NCBI GenBank assembly: GCA_029856155.1
Contig: JAHQWL010000008.1
Location: 1 to 11,927, forward strand
Length of the DNA: 11,927 nt
Direction of reading: 5' to 3'
Source of the DNA: Promethearchaeia archaeon
Lineage (GTDB): Archaea; Asgardarchaeota; Lokiarchaeia; Sigyniarchaeales; SOKP01
The position numbers and the translations under genes are program-made. The notes under the pieces were generated by a model that made no database searches, had not been told where the DNA came from, and saw only the letters and a program-made list of their open reading frames with translations. This document shows positions 1-8,248 of this stretch, in pieces. Each line of letters opens with the position of its first letter. Positions within the stretch are counted from its first letter, which is position 1.

Positions 1-21
1 GCCATAATTTCTATTAGACAT
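1..21 (-). CDS. 5' end of a gene running off the left edge of the window (MSNRNYG...), product unknown
   Basis: Minus-strand ATG at 21-19 with a GGTGA Shine-Dalgarno-like site (tcacc at 26-30 on +) 4 nt upstream. The frame is open to the window edge. An alternative in-frame ATG lies at 78. Only 7 codons are visible. Confidence 0.45.
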
Positions 22-506
22 ACTTTCACCAAATTTTAATTTTATACTTGAAACTTTGAAATATCTCTGTTCAAGCATGTAATATATATTTTTAAATTTA
101 ATAAACCTTGGTATTATGAAAAATACACTTCAAAATTCTGTTAGAAATTATCTTGGTTATTTCTAGTATAATAGGGTTAAATTGAGGTATTTTAAGAGAA
201 ATAAATGAGAGAGTTTAAAATTTTTGGGGAGATAGGGCTTTTTTCCTATGTGTTACATTATGTTTATTATACCTTCTTACGTATAAATTTTTAGTTATTT
301 TAGCGAATATTTCTAATCAAATTATTGAAATAAAAATCTTGATAAGTATGAGACATTTTATATAAACAATAATTTTTAACTAAAAAGTTTAAATGTCCGT
401 ATATACCATCTTTTTTAACTACTTTAAAATATTTATTAAAAATTTTTAATTCGTATTAAGAAAAGCGTGTCCCACTACAGAATATACGTTTGAATCTCTT
501 AAAAAA

Positions 507-512
507 AGGTGA
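507..512 (+). promoter_or_regulatory. Shine-Dalgarno-like site AGGTGA
   Basis: Matches the archaeal anti-SD complement and lies 4 nt before ATG 517. Confidence 0.6.
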
Positions 513-516
513 AAAA

Positions 517-735
517 ATGAAAGTAAAATGTAGCGTATGTGCAAAAGATAAACCAAAAAGAAAGGTTGTAAAAAGAATGCCATTAGTGGAAAACGAATTA
601 CCAGAGAAATACAGTGATTACAGGGAATTTATGTGCATGAATATTATTCAGGAACTTCGTAAAGATAAGAAATGGTATGATACTGTATGCGAGAATCGTA
701 TGCTCGTATTAAAAAAGAAGTTAAAAAATCGTTAG
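517..735 (+). CDS. Small basic Cys-containing protein (72 aa), possible divergent ribosomal protein eS26-like zinc ribbon
   Basis: ATG at 517 follows AGGTGA (507-512), which is a better start than the TTG at 490. The protein has an N-terminal CSVC, a C-terminal YDTVC and is Lys/Arg-rich. The pattern CxxCAxxxPKxKxxK...VE resembles eS26 (by eye). The ORF is better supported than the family call. Confidence 0.6.
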   Translation: MKVKCSVCAKDKPKRKVVKRMPLVENELPEKYSDYREFMCMNIIQELRKDKKWYDTVCENRMLVLKKKLKNR

Positions 736-988
736 ATTAATTTAAAATTAATTTTATAATCAGTTTCATTTTAAAATTAAAATTTAAATCTAATCTATTT
801 CTACTTGAGTTTTATTACCCCATAAGATTTCTTCTATAGATTTAATCCACAGAATGTAAATTTTCTGTTTTTTAGAAGTATTTTTACCTTGCCTTATGAT
901 GAAAAAATCATAAATTATTAGGAAGTAATTATAATATGTATAGATCATTATTTTTTTAAACTGAAAAATTATATTTAGAGTTGATATT

Positions 989-2902
989 ATGGAAATAGAT
1001 AAGATGAACGAAGAACAATTGGAAAAGGAAAGGTTAGAGAAAGAAAGACTTGAAAAAGAACAGCTTGAAAAAGAAAGAATTGAAAAACAGAAAATGGAGA
1101 ATAAATTATTTCCCAATAACTCACTTTTTATAATCCCAAGTTGGGGTGATTTATTAGGTTATCCTACATTAGGAACATATGTCCATCATCCAGTATCAAA
1201 TATAGTCTCAGATATAGTTATATTTTTAAGTGGTTATGATTATTCAATTGAGACCGTAAAAGGAACACTTCACTACCTCTTTGGCTTGGGATATTATTTC
1301 CTAAAATTTGAATTGGAATCCGGCAAATATATAACGGATAATAGAATTCTAACCGGATTAGTATTACCAGACTTTGTGTATGATCATATGGCTACTTCAA
1401 TAAATATCACGTTAGAAGAAGATCGTGACGTAATTATAGCAGAGAAAGTGATAAAAGTTCCTATTAATTTGTCTAATAAATCAGAGGATCATCTAACATT
1501 CATAAAGGGAGCATTGATGCGAAATGTGTTCATACCTAATAAAGATATCTTTTTAGAGATGATGGAAACAATACGGAAGGAGGATTCCTATCAGATATCA
1601 AACGAGGGTCATATGATTTTAAGTGCAGATTGGGATTTTTTTAACCAAATTTTAGTGTCTGATAAAATGTATAAATTAACTACCAATCACGATTTTACTT
1701 ACCTCAATTCAACAGCAGGATTGGATGCGATTAATTTTGCGGCAGATCAATTTTTACAAGAAACACTATCTGAAGAAAATCTTAGCATTATAGAAGGAAA
1801 TATCGACTATTTGAAAAATATTTATTCTAATCTTGAGTTTGATCCAATGTATCTATTCTCTATATTAGAAAACGCATCAAAAATGTTAATTTCTGGTATC
1901 CCTCAAATTTCTTCCAAACAGAGTGATGCAATCACTAGAAAGACTTCTAAACAATCGATTTTTGCTTCCGCAGAAGATCGACTCTATGCATATATTAGCT
2001 GGCCAATAGAATTTAAGAGAAAAGCAAAAAAAGAACCACCTGGTTTGCCTAGAATAGCAGAACAACCTATATACACTATCCAGGATGAAATACAAAGGAG
2101 CAATATTGGAACCGCAGAAATACCAGACTATAAACAAGAAGTATTTGAGTTAGAAACTTTAAAATCTGAAAAAGTTGCTTTTAAACCGTTACCTGATCCA
2201 CCTGCTGCTGATTTTAAACAAATTTTATTATACTTAAAAAATGTGATTGGGGAAAATTATGAATTACAATCTATAGGGAAAGCTTTCGAAATTGGTAGAG
2301 AATGTATGAGACAACTTGGTATTAGCGCAACTAAAACATTACAAAATAAAATTTGGGAAATGAGCAAGTATGCTAATATATACTTGAAAAAAGAACATGG
2401 TTTCGGATTATCTGTTAGAGAAAAACAGGAATTGATTCAAAAAATAGATTCATGGCTTTTTGAAATAGAAGAAGAAGAGAGAAAGGAAAAAGAAAGATTA
2501 GAAAGAATTCGATTGGAAAAAGAAAGACGAGAAAAAGAAGAAAAGGAGAGGAGGGAAAGGGAAAAAAGAGAAAGGGAAAAACTAGAAAGAGAGCGCTTAG
2601 AAAGAGAGCGTGTAGAAAGAGAAAGATTAAAACAAGAACAAGCAGAGAAAGAGCGACTAAGAAAGATAGAGGAAGAAAAGCAAGAGGAAATCAGATTAGA
2701 AAGGGAACGTTTAGAAAGTGAGAGAAAAGAGCAAGAAGCCATTGAAAAAGAAAAGCAAGAACTAGAAAGATTGAAACAAGAAAGAAAACAAAAAGAAAAA
2801 GAAGCAAAACAAGAAGCAAAAAAGCGAAAAAAGCTAGAAAAACAAAAGAAAAAAATAGAAAAAAAGAAGAAAAAAGAACAAGAAAGATTGGAAAACCTCT
2901 AG
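989..2902 (+). CDS. Hypothetical protein (637 aa): N-terminal charged pentapeptide repeats, central globular region, Pro-rich linker, small helical domain and a ~145-aa E/R/K-rich helical tail
   Basis: Long ORF with an ATG start. E(R/Q)(L/I)EK repeats sit at the N-terminus, and aa ~492-637 are almost entirely E/R/K/Q with sparse L/I/A. No catalytic motif was recognised. Confidence 0.9.
   Translation: MEIDKMNEEQLEKERLEKERLEKEQLEKERIEKQKMENKLFPNNSLFIIPSWGDLLGYPTLGTYVHHPVSNIVSDIVIFLSGYDYSIETVKGTLHYLFGLGYYFLKFELESGKYITDNRILTGLVLPDFVYDHMATSINITLEEDRDVIIAEKVIKVPINLSNKSEDHLTFIKGALMRNVFIPNKDIFLEMMETIRKEDSYQISNEGHMILSADWDFFNQILVSDKMYKLTTNHDFTYLNSTAGLDAINFAADQFLQETLSEENLSIIEGNIDYLKNIYSNLEFDPMYLFSILENASKMLISGIPQISSKQSDAITRKTSKQSIFASAEDRLYAYISWPIEFKRKAKKEPPGLPRIAEQPIYTIQDEIQRSNIGTAEIPDYKQEVFELETLKSEKVAFKPLPDPPAADFKQILLYLKNVIGENYELQSIGKAFEIGRECMRQLGISATKTLQNKIWEMSKYANIYLKKEHGFGLSVREKQELIQKIDSWLFEIEEEERKEKERLERIRLEKERREKEEKERREREKREREKLERERLERERVERERLKQEQAEKERLRKIEEEKQEEIRLERERLESERKEQEAIEKEKQELERLKQERKQKEKEAKQEAKKRKKLEKQKKKIEKKKKKEQERLENL
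1013..1087 (+). repeat. Five degenerate 15-bp coding tandem repeats (EQLEK-ERLEK-ERLEK-EQLEK-ERIEK)
   Basis: Directly visible in the translation (aa 9-33). Synonymous codon variation exists between units. Confidence 0.8.
2462..2899 (+). repeat. Purine-rich low-complexity coding region (ERLEKE-type repeats)
   Basis: A/G-rich DNA encoding repeated ERLE(K/R)E-like units and Lys runs. Confidence 0.8.
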
Positions 2903-3058
2903 TTCATATTATCTTTCCTATAATGATAATCATAAATCTCTGGAAATATTTCTGACATTTTTTCTCATCCGTTTCTAATATATGTATTCTTTTTACAACT
3001 GTAAAAATTTCTCCTTTGCTCTCAAATCTTAAAAAAATTTAAATAATAATCAACGCTC

Positions 3059-3066
3059 TTTATAAA
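3059..3066 (+). promoter_or_regulatory. Putative archaeal TATA box (TTTATAAA) of the CPBP gene
   Basis: About 31 nt before ATG 3098, with no SD site, consistent with a short-leader transcript. The AT-rich background lowers specificity. Confidence 0.4.
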
Positions 3067-3097
3067 TTACTAATAGTTTCTCTAATCTCCAAATATA

Positions 3098-3913
3098 ATG
3101 ACTTCTCTTAAAAAGTATTCGCTGTTAACATTTTTCGTGCTAAGTTATCTGATAATGATTGTTGGTGTTTTCATAATTCTATTATTGAGAGAGATCGGAG
3201 GTTTATCTCTCTTAGAATATATCATGCTTCTTGTAGCAGTCACAAGCCCTACTATCTCCGCAATATTATTAACTGGTTTAAATGATGGAAAGGAGGGATT
3301 AAAAAAGTTATTATCAGGATTTGGTAAATGGAAAGTTGGACCATTTTGGTACATAGCAGGATTTATCTTAATATTACTACCTATAATTGTTGCGGTATTT
3401 TATATAATCATTAGCGGATTTGTTCCAATAATTGCATCTAATATGACAATAGGCATCTTTTTCCTCAGTTTGTTGGAAAATCTAATTATGGGACCATTAT
3501 CAGAAGAAGCTGGTTGGCGAGGGTATGCTTTACCTCGATTAGAGACACGAATGAGCGCACTGAAATCCAGTTTAGTTTTGGGTATCATATGGGCTTGCTG
3601 GCATTTACCATTATATCTAATTGAACCAAGGATGCCATTCTATATTTACATTGTCATTGTTATCGTATTAGCGATTTTATTCACCTGGGCTTACAACAAC
3701 ACTGGAGGTAGTCTGATTATACCTATAATATTTCATTTCAGTTTTAATGCAACCGGACGCTATATTACTGGAACTATTCAATTAATGCCATTGATGATTT
3801 TTTACATAAGTGCTAGCATCATGCTTACCATCTATACAATACTTGTGATTGCTTATTATGGTCCAAAGAGACTTTCACGGAAACCTGAATCTGAATTACC
3901 TTTTGAAATCTAA
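3098..3913 (+). CDS. CPBP family intramembrane glutamic/metalloprotease (type II CAAX protease, Rce1/Abi-like)
   Basis: Signature motifs EEAGWRG, WACWHLP and IIFHFSFN, and about 8 hydrophobic segments. Confidence 0.93.
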   Translation: MTSLKKYSLLTFFVLSYLIMIVGVFIILLLREIGGLSLLEYIMLLVAVTSPTISAILLTGLNDGKEGLKKLLSGFGKWKVGPFWYIAGFILILLPIIVAVFYIIISGFVPIIASNMTIGIFFLSLLENLIMGPLSEEAGWRGYALPRLETRMSALKSSLVLGIIWACWHLPLYLIEPRMPFYIYIVIVIVLAILFTWAYNNTGGSLIIPIIFHFSFNATGRYITGTIQLMPLMIFYISASIMLTIYTILVIAYYGPKRLSRKPESELPFEI

Positions 3914-3921
3914 AATAAAAT

Positions 3922-3939
3922 ATTTTATTTCTTTTTTTT
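3922..3939 (+). terminator. Putative archaeal oligo-T terminator
   Basis: T-rich tract ending in T8, just after the CPBP stop codon. Confidence 0.4.
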
Positions 3940-4044
3940 ACTAATATTGATTTTTCCATTGTATAGGACCAATTTTGTGCTATATAGATCCAACAATTAT
4001 CGGACTCCAAATTTTTTATAATTAACTTTTTTCTAAATTCAATT

Positions 4045-4188
4045 ATGAATGTGAATTATGATGTAAACGGTCTTTATAAATTAACATCAGATGATGTTAA
4101 AGAAGCAATCAAGGTAGCAGGTGATGCTTTTCTAGACGATCCTTTAATGGTATATACTTATCCTGATAAGAAAGAAAGAAAGGCGTAG
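4045..4188 (+). pseudogene. Truncated GNAT-family N-acetyltransferase (N-terminal 47 aa only)
   Basis: Not in the ORF track. Translates to MNVNYDVNGLYKLTSDDVKEAIKVAGDAFLDDPLMVYTYPDKKERKA*. The 'A..AFxDDPL..Y.YPD..ER' pattern is typical of the N-terminus of one GNAT subgroup. A TATA-like TTTATAA lies at 4015-4021. No acetyl-CoA-binding motif A follows. Confidence 0.7.
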
Positions 4189-4322
4189 TGACATATTTTA
4201 CAAAAATGTCTATAGTTTCCTACTGTTCAAACATATATTTTTAATTCTTAATTTTTTTATAGTATCTTACTTAATTTACAATATTATTTATTGAAATTCT
4301 TTCGATCTACTCTTTGATTTTT

Positions 4323-6674
4323 ATGAAACGAAATCAAAAATTAATAATTGCTATAGTTTTAGTTATTTTTGTCGCACTATCAGGTAGCTTAGTAGCATTG
4401 TTCTTTTTTTTTAGAGACTTTCCACATGACGAAATTATTTACTATCCAGACTTGACAATTTCCGATTATTCTCTCGAAAACGATAATCTTACAGTTGAGA
4501 TTTCAAATATAGGAGATTTAGATACTACTGGGGTTATTATTATCGCGGAAATTGATTCATTGGATCTTACTCTATATAATAACTCTCAAACTCCCTTAAA
4601 TCTAGACATTAATGAAGTTTTTATCTTTTCTATTGACCTTAGTGATTACAAACTTTATTTCACTTCCGGAAATACTTATACTATCAATATTCAAGCCGAT
4701 CCTGATGATGATATTCCTGAAGAATCTGAAAATAACAATGAAATCAATGTTGATTATTATTATGAAGCAGCTCCACCTCTATTAAGTCTATTTCCTCCAA
4801 ATACGTACTCCTTGAATAGTACAATAGATACATTTGGCTATGCCGTGGTATTTAATGCAAGCCAAATTATGCTAGAAGATTCCTTAATAATCACAAATGG
4901 AACTATTAACGGTTACACAGTGGTAAATTCAACAATCTTGAAGAATACCACTATTATTAATAGTGATGTCTCAATTTCCATAGCTCTTTATGGAGCGCAA
5001 AACTTGACCATTCGAAATATATGGAATTCAAAACTTAGTGTGGTGTTATGCGATAAGAGCAAGCTCTCGCTTATAAATTGTAGTATCCTGCAAGTTATTA
5101 TTACGGCTTCTAACCACATATTTGTTTCAAATAGCTCTATAGAAATAATCAACACTATACAAACTCCGATGAATATTTCCTCTCTAAAATTTACAGATTA
5201 TTCATCAATTAATTATTGTATTATTTCAGGTCCTACATCACTAGAAATTGAATATACTTCTATACACAATTTATTGCTTTTTGCCTCAACTAATCCTTAT
5301 ACTCAACAAAAAGATTATCTTGTAATAGGACACATAAAAAATTGCTCTATCTATAGAATTCATGGTTATGGTCAAACAAATTTGGATATCTATAACACCG
5401 ATATATACCAATTTAATCTCATGGGTAATTCTAAACTAAACCTGGTTGAATGTATCATTACTGAAGCGTATGTCTATCAACATGCCTTATGTACATTAAA
5501 TAATTCTAAAGTCCTTTCTGAATTAAATTATGGAATTATTATATCCTCAGGTTCGGTCAATATAACGAATGGGGTAATTCAAGGCACAAGTTACATTAAC
5601 AACACCCTTCTCATTAATACAAATGTATCTAAAACAACTTTAATGACTGTTGTTGTTAATAATACAGGACAAGTTTTAATATCCAATTTCTCATGTAATT
5701 CCTTCTTGTATGATAATGCTAATCTAATTATTACTGATACTAATCCGGCCTCATCAGATTCATATGGAATATATCTCGAAGGATCATCTAAATTTACTGG
5801 AATAAATTCGAGTTTTGGGTTTATTATATGTCAAGAAAATAGCTCTATAGATCTTTCCAAAGATTGCTATATTCAGAGTGTATTTATCGATAGCATGAAC
5901 AATATTAAAATAAAGAATTGTACATTCGACTCAATTGCATGGTATTCTGAACCACTAGCAGTTTATAAGGCAGAAATAATTAATTCTACTGTTGAAATTT
6001 TCCAAGCGCCTCCTTCAAGTAAAGTCGATATTATAAACTGTTCAATAGAATACTTATATGAAGGGATTAAATTTCAATCAGGAGTAAATATTTATAATTC
6101 ATCAGGGATTTTTGGAGGAGGTTCAATTTTAAACTATTTAAATATTAGTGGGTCTGAAATTTCTCATAGAACTTATAAATATATAGAGATTACGGGAGAT
6201 ACTACTGTAGAAATTGAAGATCTGTATAATCTCTTTAGCATTTCTATTGATTCAGGAACGTTATCGGTAAATAATTGCACTATAAGTTCATTACAAATGC
6301 AAAATGACGCAATAGTATATTTGGATAATTGCACATCTCCAGATCAAGGTTCTATGAGTATAATATTCTTTAGTATATATGCTCCTCAAACATTTGCTTG
6401 CTTTGGAGATTCTCACCTTTATATCAATAACACAAAAATTTTAGATTATAATCAATTGATCCTTTATAATACTGCCCAATTGACTATAACCCATTCTATA
6501 ATATTCATAGTTAATATTTTCCAAGAATCAAGGGCGACTATCACAAATTCAGACCTATTTATTATATCTGTGGCAGCTAACTCTTTAGAGGATTATGCTT
6601 TGAACCTCTTACACAGTACAACTCAGAATTTATTAACAAGCGCATGGAACTTCTTACATTATCTTCCTTCTTGA
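4323..6674 (+). CDS. Membrane-anchored or secreted surface protein: N-terminal signal/TM, CARDB (Ig-like) domain, long right-handed beta-helix region
   Basis: The likely start is ATG 4323 (MKRNQKLIIAIVLVIF..., basic then hydrophobic). CARDB hallmarks are YPDLTI...VEISNIG...ADPDDDIPEESENNN. The rest is I/N/S-rich with recurring I.NC(S/T)I turns and many N-x-S/T sequons. Confidence 0.85.
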   Translation: MKRNQKLIIAIVLVIFVALSGSLVALFFFFRDFPHDEIIYYPDLTISDYSLENDNLTVEISNIGDLDTTGVIIIAEIDSLDLTLYNNSQTPLNLDINEVFIFSIDLSDYKLYFTSGNTYTINIQADPDDDIPEESENNNEINVDYYYEAAPPLLSLFPPNTYSLNSTIDTFGYAVVFNASQIMLEDSLIITNGTINGYTVVNSTILKNTTIINSDVSISIALYGAQNLTIRNIWNSKLSVVLCDKSKLSLINCSILQVIITASNHIFVSNSSIEIINTIQTPMNISSLKFTDYSSINYCIISGPTSLEIEYTSIHNLLLFASTNPYTQQKDYLVIGHIKNCSIYRIHGYGQTNLDIYNTDIYQFNLMGNSKLNLVECIITEAYVYQHALCTLNNSKVLSELNYGIIISSGSVNITNGVIQGTSYINNTLLINTNVSKTTLMTVVVNNTGQVLISNFSCNSFLYDNANLIITDTNPASSDSYGIYLEGSSKFTGINSSFGFIICQENSSIDLSKDCYIQSVFIDSMNNIKIKNCTFDSIAWYSEPLAVYKAEIINSTVEIFQAPPSSKVDIINCSIEYLYEGIKFQSGVNIYNSSGIFGGGSILNYLNISGSEISHRTYKYIEITGDTTVEIEDLYNLFSISIDSGTLSVNNCTISSLQMQNDAIVYLDNCTSPDQGSMSIIFFSIYAPQTFACFGDSHLYINNTKILDYNQLILYNTAQLTITHSIIFIVNIFQESRATITNSDLFIISVAANSLEDYALNLLHSTTQNLLTSAWNFLHYLPS

Positions 6675-6999
6675 ATACTAATCTGATTAGAACCAGTCTT
6701 AGGTAGAATTCTAAAAAAAAAAATTTTTTCCTTATTTTTTTAACCACATCATGGGACAATTTCTATAATTATTGCAATCCTTTAATTTAGAAAGAAAATA
6801 TTCCCCTCCTAATTATAAGCCTAAGTATAATCTTTAGATAAGATTTATGAATATAATTAAGATAATCTTCAAATTTCAAAAATATTATTCTTTCTAATTT
6901 AGATATTGCTGAATAAAAATAAATTGTTAAATACTAAAAAAACTATTTATTCATTAATTCTAAAATCATATAAGAAATTATCCAAAAGATATACTAAAT

Positions 7000-8049
7000 T
7001 TGAGAGTATTAATACTTAGTCATTTTAATATTATTAAGGGACCTATAGAAGTTTTGAAAATTCCAGAAGATTTTGTATTTAATGGCATTAAAACTATTCC
7101 TAAGCATCTAAATTTAGATCAAAATGATTTCTTTATTTATGACTATGAAACTTTTAAAACAGCTAATTTAAGATTTACAGTACCAAGTAAAATGGAGAGG
7201 GCGGATCGTGAAGAGCTTATGATTTCTGTGGTAATTATCAATGAACAGATATCTCCAAAAATATTCCAATCGATTTTACAAGAATTTAAAGAAGAACTTA
7301 AAAATATTAAGAATTTACATAAGGTGCTCTATACATCTTCTGAGGAGAATGCTGCTAAATTTCTTGAAATAAAAGAAATCTTATTTAAGTATTACCAAGC
7401 TATAAAGGATATAAAGGGGATACAATTGGATATTGACTTAAATTACAATTTTCCATGGGGGACGCATATGTGTTATTTTTACCAAAAAAAAGAAGATCTC
7501 ATGGACATACTAATACCCTATATCAAAAAAGGGTTAGAAGACAATCAGTTTTGTGTCTGGGTTACTTCAGAAGATCTTAATGAGAAAGAAGCTAAAAAGA
7601 AATTAAAATCTGAAATAAAAAATTTTAATGAATTCTTGAAAAAAGGACAAATAGAAATCTTTCCTTATTCAGAATGGTACCTTAAAGATGGAGAATTCAA
7701 CTTCCAAAGAGTTCTCGATGGATGGGTTCAAAAATATAATTATGCAATATCCCAAGGTTTTGATGGTATCAGAGTAACCGGCAATACTGCATGGATTGAA
7801 AAAAAGGATTGGGATGATTTTTCTGAGTATGAAGAAGAAATAAATAACGTTGTAGGAAACTATCGGATGATAGTCTTATGTACTTATTCTGCTGAAAAAT
7901 GTGGGATTAATGAGATTTTAGGAGTTATGAAAACCCATCAAGTAGCCACAATTAGAAAAGAAGGAAAATGGGAGATTCTCCAAAGATATGATCATTCACT
8001 TTTAAATTTGATTAAATTATTGCTTATTTTATTGGCAATTAATTATTAA
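7000..8049 (+). CDS. Fusion protein: N-terminal longin/uDENN (NPRL2-like) domain plus C-terminal MEDS (DcmR-like) sensory domain
   Basis: TTG start. aa 151 onward (FPWGTHMCYFY...IPYIKKGLEDNQFCVWVTS...GFDGIRVTGNTAW...YEEEIN...VLCTY) is a classic MEDS domain. The N-terminus ILSHFNIIKGPIEVLKIPEDF matches the 'F...GP' beta-hairpin of NPRL2/FLCN/C9orf72 longin domains. Confidence 0.85.
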   Translation: MRVLILSHFNIIKGPIEVLKIPEDFVFNGIKTIPKHLNLDQNDFFIYDYETFKTANLRFTVPSKMERADREELMISVVIINEQISPKIFQSILQEFKEELKNIKNLHKVLYTSSEENAAKFLEIKEILFKYYQAIKDIKGIQLDIDLNYNFPWGTHMCYFYQKKEDLMDILIPYIKKGLEDNQFCVWVTSEDLNEKEAKKKLKSEIKNFNEFLKKGQIEIFPYSEWYLKDGEFNFQRVLDGWVQKYNYAISQGFDGIRVTGNTAWIEKKDWDDFSEYEEEINNVVGNYRMIVLCTYSAEKCGINEILGVMKTHQVATIRKEGKWEILQRYDHSLLNLIKLLLILLAINY

Positions 8050-8248
8050 TCGGAATTAAAGAAAGCAACTCAAAATGTTAGCGATATCAACATAATTTAC
8101 TCTCTTTAATGTTTTAATAAGGCAGAATTATCCTTTATTTGAAGTATTTTAATAATAATTAACAATGATAACCTTCGGAGTCTCAAAATCTTTCACTTTT
8201 ATTGAGAAGGATTGAAAAATATAATTACTATAGGTATTAAATGAAAAT

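Noticed and set aside
463-491. 8-bp hairpin (AAGCGTGT/ATACGTTT) upstream of the small basic ORF
   Set aside because: It has two G-U pairs and a 13-nt loop, which is too weak to call without conservation data.
790-1116. 108-aa minus-strand ORF
   Set aside because: Ser/Phe/Leu-rich antisense shadow of the E/K repeats in the 989 gene, extended into AT-rich intergenic DNA.
2437-2742. 101-aa minus-strand ORF (also 1886-2137)
   Set aside because: Antisense shadows wholly inside the 637-aa gene.
3145-4010. Three short minus-strand ORFs (3145-3354, 3400-3588, 3825-4010)
   Set aside because: Antisense to the well-supported CPBP gene, with no motifs.
6577-6759. 60-aa minus-strand ORF
   Set aside because: Overlaps the end of the surface-protein gene and homopolymer tracts, with no recognisable features.
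6829-6869. Short AATCTT/AAGATT and AAGAT/ATCTT inverted repeats upstream of the longin-MEDS gene
   Set aside because: Short and AT-rich, so expected by chance at this base composition.
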